The notes: generated by a model not told the origin, from the letters alone. A DNA stretch of 64,000 nucleotides from Promethearchaeota archaeon (GCA_016839765.1 JAEOTP010000015.1:1-64000), one strand, 5' to 3'; positions 20,953 through 31,265 are shown, numbered from the stretch's first letter. Program-made: numbers and translations.

Positions 20953-22635
20953 ATTTCTTGGGAAGAATTTAATGAATATCCTCATTCGATTGTGGGAGTT
21001 ATAAAAAAATGGGCTAAAGAACGCCCCAATAAAAAAGCACTTATTATATATGACACCAGTAAGGAAGTAACTTTTAAAGAGTTTAATGAAGCAATTAATA
21101 TTATGGCATTTAAACTTTTCAATATGGGATTTAGAAAAGGAGACATCATAATAACCTCATTACCTTTTCTGTATGAACATATTATTTTAGGATATGCGTG
21201 CGCAAAACTAGGTGTAATTTGGACACCATTAGACCTTAGATTGAAACCTCCAGAAATTATTAAATGCTTAGAATTATTAAAAGAAAAAGCAAAAATGTAT
21301 TGCCATTTAGGAAAGACGTCTGTAGCAAATTTCGGAATGATTGGTGCAGCGATTATGAAAAATAATCCTTGGTTACAATATGTAGTACAATTCAGCACAC
21401 CTGACGATAAATATAGAAAAGGGATAATTCCCGCATATCAGATTGTTGAGGAAGCAAAAAATGAAATGTCTGAAGCTACAAAAAAACCTGACACTATGAA
21501 AGAGTTTAATGAGGAATGTGCTAGAGTTAGTGAAAATGACCCTATTATGATTGTTTTTACTACAGGGAGTACAGGCTTTCCTAAACCTGCTATGCTCACA
21601 AATCTGGGAATTACATGTCAAAATCTGTGTTTATCTAAAGGACTTAAAGCAGACTCTAATGACATTATGCTAGTAAACCTTCCTCCGTCTCATGTTGGAG
21701 GAACTACAGAACAATTAATGACACCACTATTTAAAGGAGGAACCTGTGTGGTGCTTCATATTTTTGATCCCGCAAAAACCCTTGATGCTATTCAAAAATA
21801 TAAGGTTACTATAATGGGTCAAATCCCCGCTTTATTTGTAATGGAATGGAGATTACCGAATTATAGTCAATATGATTTAAGTTCACTTAAATTTGCTATT
21901 GCCGCTGGTCAACCTGTTGATAAACCATTCCTCGAAAAATTATCTGAAATGGCTCCAAATTTATTTACTGGTTTAGGATTAACTGAAAGTTCTGGATTTT
22001 GTTCATATACTCCAACTGACCTCACTCTGGATGAATTTACTGGAACATTAGGTTATGATTTCCCAATTTACCCCATGACTATTAGAAAGCCTATGAAAGA
22101 GGATGGGAGTGCAGGTAATGAACTTCCAGAAGGAGAAATCGGTGAAATATGTTATAATGGTCCCCAAACTTTTCTTGGTTATTTTGGTAATGAAGAAGCA
22201 ACAAGAAAAACATTATCTACTGATGGATATCTTTATACTGGAGATATGGGTTTTATTGATAGCAAGGGTCTCCATCTTTCTGGTCGTAGAAAATTTCTTA
22301 TCAAACCTAAAGGATTTCAAGTTTTTCCACCCGAAGTTGAGACATTTATTGCTGAATTGCCTCAAGTTGAGTTTGTTGGTGTTGTTGGAGCTAAACATGA
22401 AATATTCACAGAGGGCGTTGTTGTTTATATAAAATTAAGAGAGGGGCAAAGTTTAACTGAAAAAGAAGTGTTTGATCATTGTAAAGGGATAGCTGCTTAT
22501 AAAAGACCATCCTTAGTTGTGTTTCTAGATGAATTTCCGCTCAATCGTGTGGCCAAAACCGATTATGTAGCTCTTAAGGAGCGTGTAGAAAAGGATATTG
22601 AAGAAGCTAGAGCAATAGGGGGATGGGATACTTAA
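20953..22635 (+). CDS. Acyl-CoA synthetase (AMP-binding, class I adenylate-forming)
   Basis: FTTGSTGFPK, GLGLTE, YTGD, PLNRVAK; start placed at ATT 20953 (SD AGGAGATGA); ORF track starts at GTG 20992. Confidence 0.88.
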   Translation: MSWEEFNEYPHSIVGVIKKWAKERPNKKALIIYDTSKEVTFKEFNEAINIMAFKLFNMGFRKGDIIITSLPFLYEHIILGYACAKLGVIWTPLDLRLKPPEIIKCLELLKEKAKMYCHLGKTSVANFGMIGAAIMKNNPWLQYVVQFSTPDDKYRKGIIPAYQIVEEAKNEMSEATKKPDTMKEFNEECARVSENDPIMIVFTTGSTGFPKPAMLTNLGITCQNLCLSKGLKADSNDIMLVNLPPSHVGGTTEQLMTPLFKGGTCVVLHIFDPAKTLDAIQKYKVTIMGQIPALFVMEWRLPNYSQYDLSSLKFAIAAGQPVDKPFLEKLSEMAPNLFTGLGLTESSGFCSYTPTDLTLDEFTGTLGYDFPIYPMTIRKPMKEDGSAGNELPEGEIGEICYNGPQTFLGYFGNEEATRKTLSTDGYLYTGDMGFIDSKGLHLSGRRKFLIKPKGFQVFPPEVETFIAELPQVEFVGVVGAKHEIFTEGVVVYIKLREGQSLTEKEVFDHCKGIAAYKRPSLVVFLDEFPLNRVAKTDYVALKERVEKDIEEARAIGGWDT

Positions 22636-22821
22636 TTAAAAATAATTCCATGATTTATGTATTTCTTGATTAAATTTACATAATCTTTAAATCATGGTTT
22701 AAGTTTATAATCCATAACGACCTATACATATGTGATTTTATTAAAAACAAACCTTTGACTAAAAAAGCTGAAAATCTTATTAAAGAATATTTAAAAGCAA
22801 TCTGTTTATAGGTGAAAGAAA

Positions 22822-23118
22822 GTGGCTAAGAAAAAGAAGGTTGAAGATGATACAGAAAAAGTCTTTATTGGCAAAAAGAAATCTATGAGTTATGTCATGG
22901 CAGCAATGGTTATTTTAAATGATAAACCAGTAAGACTTCTTGCTCGGGGTAGATCAATCTCTAGAGCAGTAGATGTAGCCGAAATTCTTATTAATAAATT
23001 TGTCCGCGGGGCGACTTATGGAGAAATAAAAATTGATACTGAAATAATAACTAATGATGATAATACTCAAACAAATGTATCATCTATTGAAATTGAAGTA
23101 ATTCCACCTAAGAAATAA
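22822..23118 (+). CDS. albA: DNA/RNA-binding protein Alba
   Basis: VFIGKK..MSYV, ARGRSISRAVDVAE, NVSSIEI. Confidence 0.95.
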   Translation: MAKKKKVEDDTEKVFIGKKKSMSYVMAAMVILNDKPVRLLARGRSISRAVDVAEILINKFVRGATYGEIKIDTEIITNDDNTQTNVSSIEIEVIPPKK

Positions 23119-23217
23119 TTCATGTCAAAACCAAATAACTAGGAGAAAATCAGGAGACTTTCTCGTTTATTTTTTTTATTTTTTAATTATCCTACTATGT
23201 TTGAGAACCTACTATTG

Positions 23218-23517
23218 TTATAGTGTTTTTTTAATGGCTTCTAATTCATTTTGAAGTGTTTCTATTTGTTCCTTTGTAGCTGAATTATCATTTATGCTCT
23301 TGAGTAGTTTAATGAAATCCCCAATAAGTGAATGTTCTAATACCATACATGTTTGATTTAATGTATTTACGTCCAGAATTAAGGTTGATTTTAAGGTTTC
23401 TCCTATTCCTAACACATCTTTACATACTAATTCATAATTTTCATTGTAGGATAATACAACAACATCTTCTAATATCTGAGAACCATCGTTTTTCCTAATA
23501 ATTTTAAATTCACACAT
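23218..23517 (-). CDS. cooT: CooT-family nickel-binding protein with C-terminal helical extension
   Basis: N-terminal MCE, ILEDVV, KDVLG; lies among CODH/ACS genes. Confidence 0.7.
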   Translation of the reverse strand: MCEFKIIRKNDGSQILEDVVVLSYNENYELVCKDVLGIGETLKSTLILDVNTLNQTCMVLEHSLIGDFIKLLKSINDNSATKEQIETLQNELEAIKKTL

Positions 23518-23671
23518 GTTAAACTTTTCACTAAATTTTTAAATATATACGCTTTAAATCTGCTTTAATTAAATAAAACTAAATTTTTTAAAATAGGCTT
23601 AATAATTTAAAATATAACAATTATTTTAAAATATATACATAAAAACTTAAACAGAGGAAATTGGTGGAATT

Positions 23672-24202
23672 ATGGCAAGACCATATCAAAAAGCGAATAT
23701 TCCCGGGCCAGAGATGGGTACAACTGTTTTTGAACCGCAAGTTATGGCTAACATTCTAAAGGCTCCAAAGAATAAAGTCCTTGTTATAGGAGCTGAATCC
23801 TTAACTTGGGAGCTTGATGGCAAGAAAGTTGCTGATTATTATATCGAAATTGCAAAGAAGCTAGATTGTCATGTCGTTGCTACTGGACATACCTACAAGT
23901 ATTTAAAAGAAAAAATTGATTTAAATAAGCTTTGGGATATGTCCCTAATTAATATCACGGGAAGACTAGTTGATAAAGATTGGGAAGGATTGGATGGAAA
24001 AGGTCAATATAATATGGCTATTTTTGGGGGCCATCTTGTATTTTATGTGAGTCAAACCCTAAGTCGTATTAAGAATTTCTCAAACTGGGTAAGAACTATT
24101 GAATTAGATAAATATGCACATCCAAATGCGCGTTTTAGCTTGCCTAACTTTAGTGATAATGATTGGAAAGAGTTTTTAGAAAAATTAATTGAATTATTAT
24201 AA
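23672..24202 (+). CDS. cdhB: ACDS epsilon subunit
   Basis: KANIPGP, VVATGH, RLVDKDWEGLDGKGQY, HPNARFSLPN. Confidence 0.9.
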   Translation: MARPYQKANIPGPEMGTTVFEPQVMANILKAPKNKVLVIGAESLTWELDGKKVADYYIEIAKKLDCHVVATGHTYKYLKEKIDLNKLWDMSLINITGRLVDKDWEGLDGKGQYNMAIFGGHLVFYVSQTLSRIKNFSNWVRTIELDKYAHPNARFSLPNFSDNDWKEFLEKLIELL

Positions 24203-24243
24203 TAAAAGAAAATTAAAACTAATATTATGAGGAGAAGTATAAA

Positions 24244-25650
24244 ATGAGTTTTTCAGATATGCCTGTAGATGTTGGCCCTGTATATGAGGGTGAACGTATC
24301 AGGGCAAACCAAATGTATGTAGAACTCGGCGGACCTAAAATTGAGAAACACTTTGAATTAGTTAGAGTTAAATCACCTAAAGAGATCAAGGATGGTCAAG
24401 TTATACTTCATGGTCCTGATATTAAGGACATGAAAGAAGGAGAAAGATATCCTATTGGAATTTTAGTAGAAGTTGCTGGACCTGAATTAGAAGAAGACTT
24501 AGAAGCTGTATTTGAAAGGCGAATTCATGAATTTTGCAACTTTGTAAATGGTATTATGCACTTAAATCAACGTTATACTAATTGGATGCGCATTTCAAAA
24601 TCCGCCTTTGAGAAAGGTTTAAATTCTTTCGATATGCTTGGAACAATTTTAATTAGGCTATATAAAGCAGAATTACCAATTATTGAGCAAGCTCAAGTCA
24701 CCTTCTATACTGATGCAAAAGAAATTGAAAAACCTTACGATATGGCATTGGAAATCTACAATAAAAGAGATGAGAGAGCCAGAACAATCCATGATGAAGA
24801 TGTCGATATGTTTTATGGATGTGTTTTGTGTCAATCTTTTGCTCCTACCCATGCATGCTGTATCACTCCTGATAGAACTTCATTATGTGGTTCAATAAAT
24901 TGGTTTGACGCCAGAGCTGCGGCAAAAGTAGATCCTAAAGGCCCTATCTATGAGGTACCACCTGGCGAGTGCATAAATGAGCTGGCTGGAGAGTTTTCTG
25001 GTGTAAATGAAATGATTAAGAAACGTTCACTTGGTGAGATTGAAAGAATTTATCTTTACAGTGGAATGGAGTTCCCTCATACCTCGTGTGGCTGTTTTGA
25101 GGCAATTGATTTCTACATTCCTGAAGTAAATGGTCATGGAATTGTTGATCGCAACTATGGTGAAGTCGCTATAAATGGCTTACCTTTCTCAGCTATGGCC
25201 AACCAAACTGGGGGAGGAAAACAAATGCCTGGTTTCAATGGTGTGAGCATTCAGTACATCGCAAGTCCTAAATATCAAAAATATGACGGTGGTATTGAAA
25301 CGATTGTCTGGATGCCTAAGGCTGTTAAAGATAGAATTGGAGAATTACTCCCACAAGACTTATTGCCAAAGATTGCAACGGAGGAGGAAGTACAAGACAT
25401 TAACCAGCTAAAAGATTTTCTAAAAGAGAAAGGTCATCCTGTTGTTGAGACTTGGGCAGAGCTTGAAGCAATGGAGGAAGAAGAGGAGGAATGGATAGAA
25501 GAAGGTGCAATGGTTCCTATGGGTACTGTTGGAATGACTATCCCAGGTGTTGGTGGCGCTGGTGGCTTTAAAGTGATTCTAAAGAATTGCAAGATACATG
25601 CTGAGTCAATAATTATTAAGAAAATAGAACCTAAACGCAGAAAAAAATAA
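24244..25650 (+). CDS. cdhC: Acetyl-CoA synthase, ACDS beta subunit
   Basis: YEGERIR, FYGCVLCQSFAPTH, CGSINW, PHTSCGCFE A-cluster ligands. Confidence 0.97.
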   Translation: MSFSDMPVDVGPVYEGERIRANQMYVELGGPKIEKHFELVRVKSPKEIKDGQVILHGPDIKDMKEGERYPIGILVEVAGPELEEDLEAVFERRIHEFCNFVNGIMHLNQRYTNWMRISKSAFEKGLNSFDMLGTILIRLYKAELPIIEQAQVTFYTDAKEIEKPYDMALEIYNKRDERARTIHDEDVDMFYGCVLCQSFAPTHACCITPDRTSLCGSINWFDARAAAKVDPKGPIYEVPPGECINELAGEFSGVNEMIKKRSLGEIERIYLYSGMEFPHTSCGCFEAIDFYIPEVNGHGIVDRNYGEVAINGLPFSAMANQTGGGKQMPGFNGVSIQYIASPKYQKYDGGIETIVWMPKAVKDRIGELLPQDLLPKIATEEEVQDINQLKDFLKEKGHPVVETWAELEAMEEEEEEWIEEGAMVPMGTVGMTIPGVGGAGGFKVILKNCKIHAESIIIKKIEPKRRKK

Positions 25651-25711
25651 TTTAATCTTTTTTTATTTACTTTTTATTCCTGATTTTTTAATTATCCTAA
25701 TTTAAATTCAA

Positions 25712-26005
25712 TTATCGTTCGGTATATCCTACAAACCCTCCTATTAGCACTAATATTCCTCCAATTATACTAGTGTAAATTATCATGATTATTCCTAAAA
25801 CTACAAATAGTATCCAATTCAGAGGAATAGGATTGTTTGGTCGAATTATACTTAATAATATAATGACAGCAATAACTATAGCAACAATTAACGTAATTAG
25901 CTTAACAGTATCTAAATTTCTTTGATCGAATCCCATTATTGCTTCTATTAATGATATTGCCCCTCCAATACCTCCTAAAAGTTTCATTAAATCCTCGTTT
26001 CGCAT
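25712..26005 (-). CDS. Small hypothetical membrane protein
   Basis: 97 aa, 3-4 hydrophobic segments, ATG start. Confidence 0.7.
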   Translation of the reverse strand: MRNEDLMKLLGGIGGAISLIEAIMGFDQRNLDTVKLITLIVAIVIAVIILLSIIRPNNPIPLNWILFVVLGIIMIIYTSIIGGILVLIGGFVGYTER

Positions 26006-26164
26006 TTTTTCTGAGTATTTAAGCTATAATTTAATTAAGTCTATAATAAAAATTCTTAATAAAAAATCTAATGATTTTTCTCAAATAATAATAAATATCT
26101 AATTAGTATTCATGCCTATATTTTTTACAAAAATGGCAATTATTTTGACTATATATTCAAAAGA

Positions 26165-26250
26165 TTTATAACTTAGTTAATTCCAACTAGAGATCAACGA
26201 CTTTTTTGTCGTTGTTTAGAAAAACTAATAAAGGTGAAATTCAAACACCT
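26165..26250 (+). promoter_or_regulatory. Putative cooF promoter (TATA) with palindromic operator
   Basis: TTTATA 26165-26170 after a purine-rich BRE-like tract; perfect CAACGAC-N6-GTCGTTG at 26195-26214 near the expected TSS. Confidence 0.5.
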
Positions 26251-26333
26251 AAACTTAAAACCAATCTAAATATAAAAAATTATTTTTTATAAAAAAAAAT
26301 TAAAACTAAATTTAAAATGAGGGAAGTCCAAAA

Positions 26334-26942
26334 ATGAAGACCGTATATGTAATACCAGAACATTGTATTGGATGTAAACATTGTGAAATTGCTTGTTCAG
26401 TAGAACATTCAGAATCAAAAAATCTTTTTGCTGCAATTTTTGAAGAACCCTTTCCTACTCCAAGAATTCATGTAATGCCTTCTGTTGGAATATTGACCTA
26501 TCCGGGTAAATGTCGACAATGTTACCCAACACCATGTATAAATGTATGTCCTTCAGGAGCAATAAGTAGAGATAAAGAAACAGAAACTATCCTTTTAAAT
26601 GAAGAAAAATGTATTGCGTGTGGTATGTGTGCTATAGCCTGCCCTCTTGATGCGATTACTTTTCATCCATCTTGGAAGGTCTCTTTAGATAGGGAAGTTG
26701 CCATTAAATGTGACAATTGTCAAGAGCGTATTAGTGTTGGATTGAATCCAGTGTGCGTTGATGCATGTAAAACAATGGCTCTTAATTATGGAGATATTAA
26801 CGAGATTATAAAAGAGGAAAGAAAAACAGTTGCTCAAAAAGTTGCAGCAGTAGAGACAGAAATTCGACCTGAAATTCCTGGATTAATAAAGTTGTGGCGT
26901 GATTTGGGTTTCTCTATGATGCAGGTAGGTGTGGAAAAATGA
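26334..26942 (+). CDS. cooF: CO dehydrogenase 4x[4Fe-4S] electron-transfer subunit
   Basis: CIGCKHCEIAC, CRQC..PCINVCP, CIACGMCAIACP, KCDNC..PVCVDAC; overlaps cooS. Confidence 0.88.
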   Translation: MKTVYVIPEHCIGCKHCEIACSVEHSESKNLFAAIFEEPFPTPRIHVMPSVGILTYPGKCRQCYPTPCINVCPSGAISRDKETETILLNEEKCIACGMCAIACPLDAITFHPSWKVSLDREVAIKCDNCQERISVGLNPVCVDACKTMALNYGDINEIIKEERKTVAQKVAAVETEIRPEIPGLIKLWRDLGFSMMQVGVEK

Positions 26943-28840
26943 AAAGGGAAATTATTTTAGAAAGGACAATAGATACAGCTGCACAAGAAATGTTAGAAAA
27001 AGCAACTGAAGAGCATATTGATACAGCTTGGGATAGATATGAAGCACAAGAACCACAATGTGGTTATGGATTACTTGGTATTTGTTGTAGAAATTGCGTT
27101 ATGGGTCCTTGTCGAATTGATCCTTTTGGAAATGAGCCACAGAAAGGAGTGTGTGGTGCTGACGCGGATACAATCGTTGCTAGAAATCTTGCGAGAATGA
27201 TTGCTGGAGGAGCGGCAGCGCATTCTGATCATGGTCGAGACATAGTAGAAGTTCTTCATTTAACTGCTGAGGGTAAAACACAAGGATATCAAATAAATGA
27301 TGAAGAAAAATTGAAACGAATTGCCCAAGAATATAGAATAATTACAGATGAAAGACCTAAAGAGGAAATAGCCAAGGAATTAGCAGAAAAAGCAATGGAA
27401 GAATTTGGGATGATTAAAAATACCATTCAATTTGCAGAACGAGCACCAGAGAAAAGAAAGGAGTTATGGAAAAATCTTGGAATTTGGCCACGAAGTATTG
27501 ATAGAGAAATTGTTGAAATAATGCATCGTACTCATATAGGAGTTGGGGCAGAAATTGCGAGTCTATTATTACATGGCTTAAGAGCCTCTCTTAGTGATGG
27601 TTGGGGTGGATCAATGCTAGCTACAGAATTCAGTGATATTTTATGGGGGACTCCAAAACCAAAGGAGAGTACGGTAAGCCTTGGAGTGTTAAAGGAAGAT
27701 CACGTTAATATTATTGTACATGGTCATAATCCTGTTTTGTCTGAAGTAATTGTAGATGCTGTTAGAGATCCTGAAATGATTGAATTAGCAAAACAGAAAG
27801 GAGCTATTGGAATTAATATTGCTGGAATTTGTTGTACCTCAAATGAACTATTGATGAGAAAAGGGATTCCTGTTGCTGGAAACTTCCTGGTACAGGAATT
27901 AGCACTTATTTCTGGAGCTGTAGATGCTATGGTTGTAGATTATCAGTGTCTTATGCCCTCTTTACCATCAATTGCTAATTGTTATCATTCAAAAGTAATA
28001 ACTACCTCTCCAAAAGCTCAGATTCCTGGAGCCACTCACATTGAATTCGATCCTGAACATGCTTATGATATTGGAACTAAGATTGTGAAAGAAGCTATTG
28101 AAGCCTATGAAAACAGAAACCCTAATCTTGTAAGAATCCCTAAGAAGATTGTAAAATTAATGGCTGGATTTTCTGCGGAAGCAATTCTGGAAGCTCTTGG
28201 TGGTACTGTGCAACCTTTAATTGATGCAATAGTAGCAGGAAAAATTCGCGGAATAGCTGCTGTAGTTGGTTGCAACAATCCAAAAATTAAACATGATTTT
28301 AATCATGTTACCTTGACAAAACGATTAATTGAAAAGGATATTCTAGTTGTTGAAACTGGTTGTGCAGCAATAGCAAATGCTAAGGCGGGTTTATTAGTTC
28401 CAGAAGCGGCAGATCAAGCTGGTGAAGGGTTAAAGGAAGTCGCAAAAAGTCTTGGGATACCTCCTGTTTTGCATATGGGTTCATGTGTTGATATAAGTAG
28501 AATTTTGAACGTTGCCGCTGCTATCGCAAACAAGTTAAATGTAGATATTAGCGACTTGCCGGTTGCTGGTGCCGCTCCAGAATGGATGTCTGAAAAAGCA
28601 GTTAGTATTGGAGCCTATGTTGTTTCTTCGGGAATATTTACAGTTCTTGGTGCTATTCCTCCTGTATTAGGAAGTAAAGGAGTAACAGAACTTCTCACAC
28701 AAGGATTAAAAAACGTCGTAGGAGCTACTTTCGCTGTTGAACCAGATCCAGAGAAGGAAGCAGAATTAATAATTAATCATATTAATGAAAAGCGAAAAGC
28801 TCTTGGATTAAAAGAAACACCAATAGAAACTGTTATGTAA
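26939..28840 (+). CDS. cooS: Anaerobic Ni-CO dehydrogenase catalytic subunit (CooS type)
   Basis: CGYGLLGICCRNCVMGPC, HSDH, VHGH, ICCT, DYQC, GCNN, TGC, MGSCVD, PEWMSEKA. Confidence 0.97.
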   Translation: MKREIILERTIDTAAQEMLEKATEEHIDTAWDRYEAQEPQCGYGLLGICCRNCVMGPCRIDPFGNEPQKGVCGADADTIVARNLARMIAGGAAAHSDHGRDIVEVLHLTAEGKTQGYQINDEEKLKRIAQEYRIITDERPKEEIAKELAEKAMEEFGMIKNTIQFAERAPEKRKELWKNLGIWPRSIDREIVEIMHRTHIGVGAEIASLLLHGLRASLSDGWGGSMLATEFSDILWGTPKPKESTVSLGVLKEDHVNIIVHGHNPVLSEVIVDAVRDPEMIELAKQKGAIGINIAGICCTSNELLMRKGIPVAGNFLVQELALISGAVDAMVVDYQCLMPSLPSIANCYHSKVITTSPKAQIPGATHIEFDPEHAYDIGTKIVKEAIEAYENRNPNLVRIPKKIVKLMAGFSAEAILEALGGTVQPLIDAIVAGKIRGIAAVVGCNNPKIKHDFNHVTLTKRLIEKDILVVETGCAAIANAKAGLLVPEAADQAGEGLKEVAKSLGIPPVLHMGSCVDISRILNVAAAIANKLNVDISDLPVAGAAPEWMSEKAVSIGAYVVSSGIFTVLGAIPPVLGSKGVTELLTQGLKNVVGATFAVEPDPEKEAELIINHINEKRKALGLKETPIETVM

Positions 28841-28870
28841 AATTTAATTGAGAAAAAGGTGCAAAGGAAA

Positions 28871-30097
28871 ATGAGATTTGTAATAATCGGTACTGGTGGA
28901 GCTGGTGTAAGTGGTGTTGAAGCGATAAGAGAGCACGACCAAGAGTCAGAAATTATTATGATTTCTAAAGAAGATGTTCCGCCATATTCCGCTTGCCTTC
29001 TCTGTCATTACATCTTGGAAGAGGATGAACGAGATACGATTTTCTGGAAAGGAAAAGATTTTTTCGATCAGATGAATATTACTCCAATCTTAGGCAAAGA
29101 AGTAAAAAGTATTCAGCCTGAAAACAAAAAGGTTTTAGTTGACTCAGAATCGGTTGATTATGACAAACTTCTTATAGCAGCAGGTGGCTATGTTGATGTA
29201 CCTCCTATAAAGAAACTTGATAAAAATGGTGTTTTTACATTCAAAACTTTGAGCAATACTGATAATATTTACAATTGGGTTAAAACCCAAAAAATTGAAA
29301 ATGCTGTTGTGCTTGGTGCCGGTTTCATAGGTCTTGATGCTGCTGAGGGTTTGAAGAAAAAAAATATAAATGTTACTATTGTAGAGGCTTTAGATAGGAT
29401 TTTACCACGTATGCTTGATAAAGAAATGGGGAATATGGCAAAAGAGATTCTTGGAAAAAATGATATCAATCTTTTTCTAGAAAATAATATCACTGAGATT
29501 TTAGGGAAAAAAAAAGTAAAAGGTGTTAAACTTACTGATGGAACTGTTTTAGATGCCGATATCGTTATAATTGCCACAGGTGTCAAACCAAATTTAGAGT
29601 TTTTAAGGGATAGTGGAATTAGAACAAATTCAGGAGTGATTGTAAATGAATATCTCGAAACAAATGTCCCTAATATATACGCTGCAGGAGATGTCGCCGA
29701 ATCTACTAATATTTCAACGGAAAATAGAGAATCAATTTTACTTTGGTCCAATGCATTAGTTCAGGGGACAGTTGCAGGTTATAATATGGTTGGAAAAAAG
29801 ACTAAATATGAGGGTTCTGCTATTCAAACCCTTATTAAGGTATTTGGGATACCAATAATTTCAGATGGAGTATATGAAGGAGAAGAATTGAAATTTTTTG
29901 AAGATAGTATTTACAAGAAAATGTATCTTAAGAACTCAACTATTAATGGTTATATGCTTATTAATACGATGCAAAATGCAGGGGTATATCACTCGCTCAT
30001 GATAAGTAAGAGAGAAGTATCCAAATATAAGAAGTTTATATTAACAAATAAGTTTAATATAGGCAAAATCATAATGGAGGCTGCTTTAGTAAGCTAA
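28871..30097 (+). CDS. FAD-dependent NAD(P) oxidoreductase (FNOR) of the cooF-cooS operon
   Basis: IIGTGGAG, YDKLLIAAG, GAGFIGL, IYAAGDVAE; ATG 28871 or GTG 28859. Confidence 0.88.
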   Translation: MRFVIIGTGGAGVSGVEAIREHDQESEIIMISKEDVPPYSACLLCHYILEEDERDTIFWKGKDFFDQMNITPILGKEVKSIQPENKKVLVDSESVDYDKLLIAAGGYVDVPPIKKLDKNGVFTFKTLSNTDNIYNWVKTQKIENAVVLGAGFIGLDAAEGLKKKNINVTIVEALDRILPRMLDKEMGNMAKEILGKNDINLFLENNITEILGKKKVKGVKLTDGTVLDADIVIIATGVKPNLEFLRDSGIRTNSGVIVNEYLETNVPNIYAAGDVAESTNISTENRESILLWSNALVQGTVAGYNMVGKKTKYEGSAIQTLIKVFGIPIISDGVYEGEELKFFEDSIYKKMYLKNSTINGYMLINTMQNAGVYHSLMISKREVSKYKKFILTNKFNIGKIIMEAALVS

Positions 30098-30302
30098 ATC
30101 GATACTAATAAAATTCTGACAAATTATTATTAATTAAATTTTTTTTTTATTATATTTTCAGCAGTGATTTATAATATTATTAAATAATACTCATAGTTTT
30201 AATATGAACATAGTATAGTGATTCATTAGAACCACAATCAAAAATAATTATATACTAAGCTGTTAAAATACTAATTATTAATATTAAATCTCGAAAAAAT
30301 TA

Positions 30303-31265
30303 ATGAACTTCAAAATAATTATCTATGGTCAAGAGGGTGTAGGAACCGGTACTTTTCTTAAGAAGTATGCTAAAACTCCTATACATGTAGATGATGAAAT
30401 AGAAGAGATGAGGAGACCGTTCTCTGATACAATATATTACAATATAAGAAAAGAGTTCGATGAAAAATATACTGTAAGTTCCATAATGAATGAAATTAAA
30501 AATATTTACGATAACGCCTTACACAAATACAGTAATAGCATTCTTAATGCAGAATTGTTTATAAATCCAGACATACAAAAGGCATTTGGATTTAAAATAA
30601 AAATATCACCTGAGATTGATTGGTTATCTTTTATATTTGATTATAATGGTTTGAAAATAGTATGTAGAGGTTCTATCAAGACAGAAATAGCGAAAGATTT
30701 TTTTAAAGTCCATGGAACGGCTCTGGAATTAATTAATTTCTTCAAGAACTTTAATTATTCTGTAGAATTAATTGACCAGACAGAAACTAGTTCGTTTTCT
30801 ACAAAGTCAGATAAGGAATTAATAGTTGGAGCAGATTTTTTCCTTAAAAAGATTTTGGTTGATGAAAATACCATTAATTTACAAATTTGGCATATCACAA
30901 GCGAGGAAAGATTTCAATTTTTAATACCAACCTATATAAAAGGTTCCTTAGGAGCCATCTTAATATTCGATATTACAAATTCTAAAACATTATATCATTT
31001 AATCGAGGTTATTCGAATTGTTAAAGAAAATGTTGGTAATATTCCAATTATATTGGTTGGGAATAAAATTGATTTAAAAAAATCAAGAGAAGTTTTTAAA
31101 GAAGAAGGAAATTTATTTAAAGAAACATATAGTTTAGCCTCTTACATAGAGATTTCCTCTAATTTGGGATATAATATTGAAACTGTATTTATAGAACTTG
31201 TTAAATTATTACTTGAATATACGCAGACAAACCAAAAGGATGGATTAAGCATTCCGAATCTCTAG
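30303..31265 (+). CDS. Rab-like small GTPase fold, degenerate, with about 140-aa insertion
   Basis: FKIIIYGQEGVGT ... VGADFFLKKI..NLQIW..ERF..L.PTYIKG..GAILIFDIT..IILVGNKIDL..EISS. Confidence 0.8.
   Translation: MNFKIIIYGQEGVGTGTFLKKYAKTPIHVDDEIEEMRRPFSDTIYYNIRKEFDEKYTVSSIMNEIKNIYDNALHKYSNSILNAELFINPDIQKAFGFKIKISPEIDWLSFIFDYNGLKIVCRGSIKTEIAKDFFKVHGTALELINFFKNFNYSVELIDQTETSSFSTKSDKELIVGADFFLKKILVDENTINLQIWHITSEERFQFLIPTYIKGSLGAILIFDITNSKTLYHLIEVIRIVKENVGNIPIILVGNKIDLKKSREVFKEEGNLFKETYSLASYIEISSNLGYNIETVFIELVKLLLEYTQTNQKDGLSIPNL

Noticed and set aside
30375-30800. GTPase insert as an intein
   Set aside because: No N-terminal Cys/Ser block, no His-Asn followed by Cys/Ser/Thr, no LAGLIDADG motif
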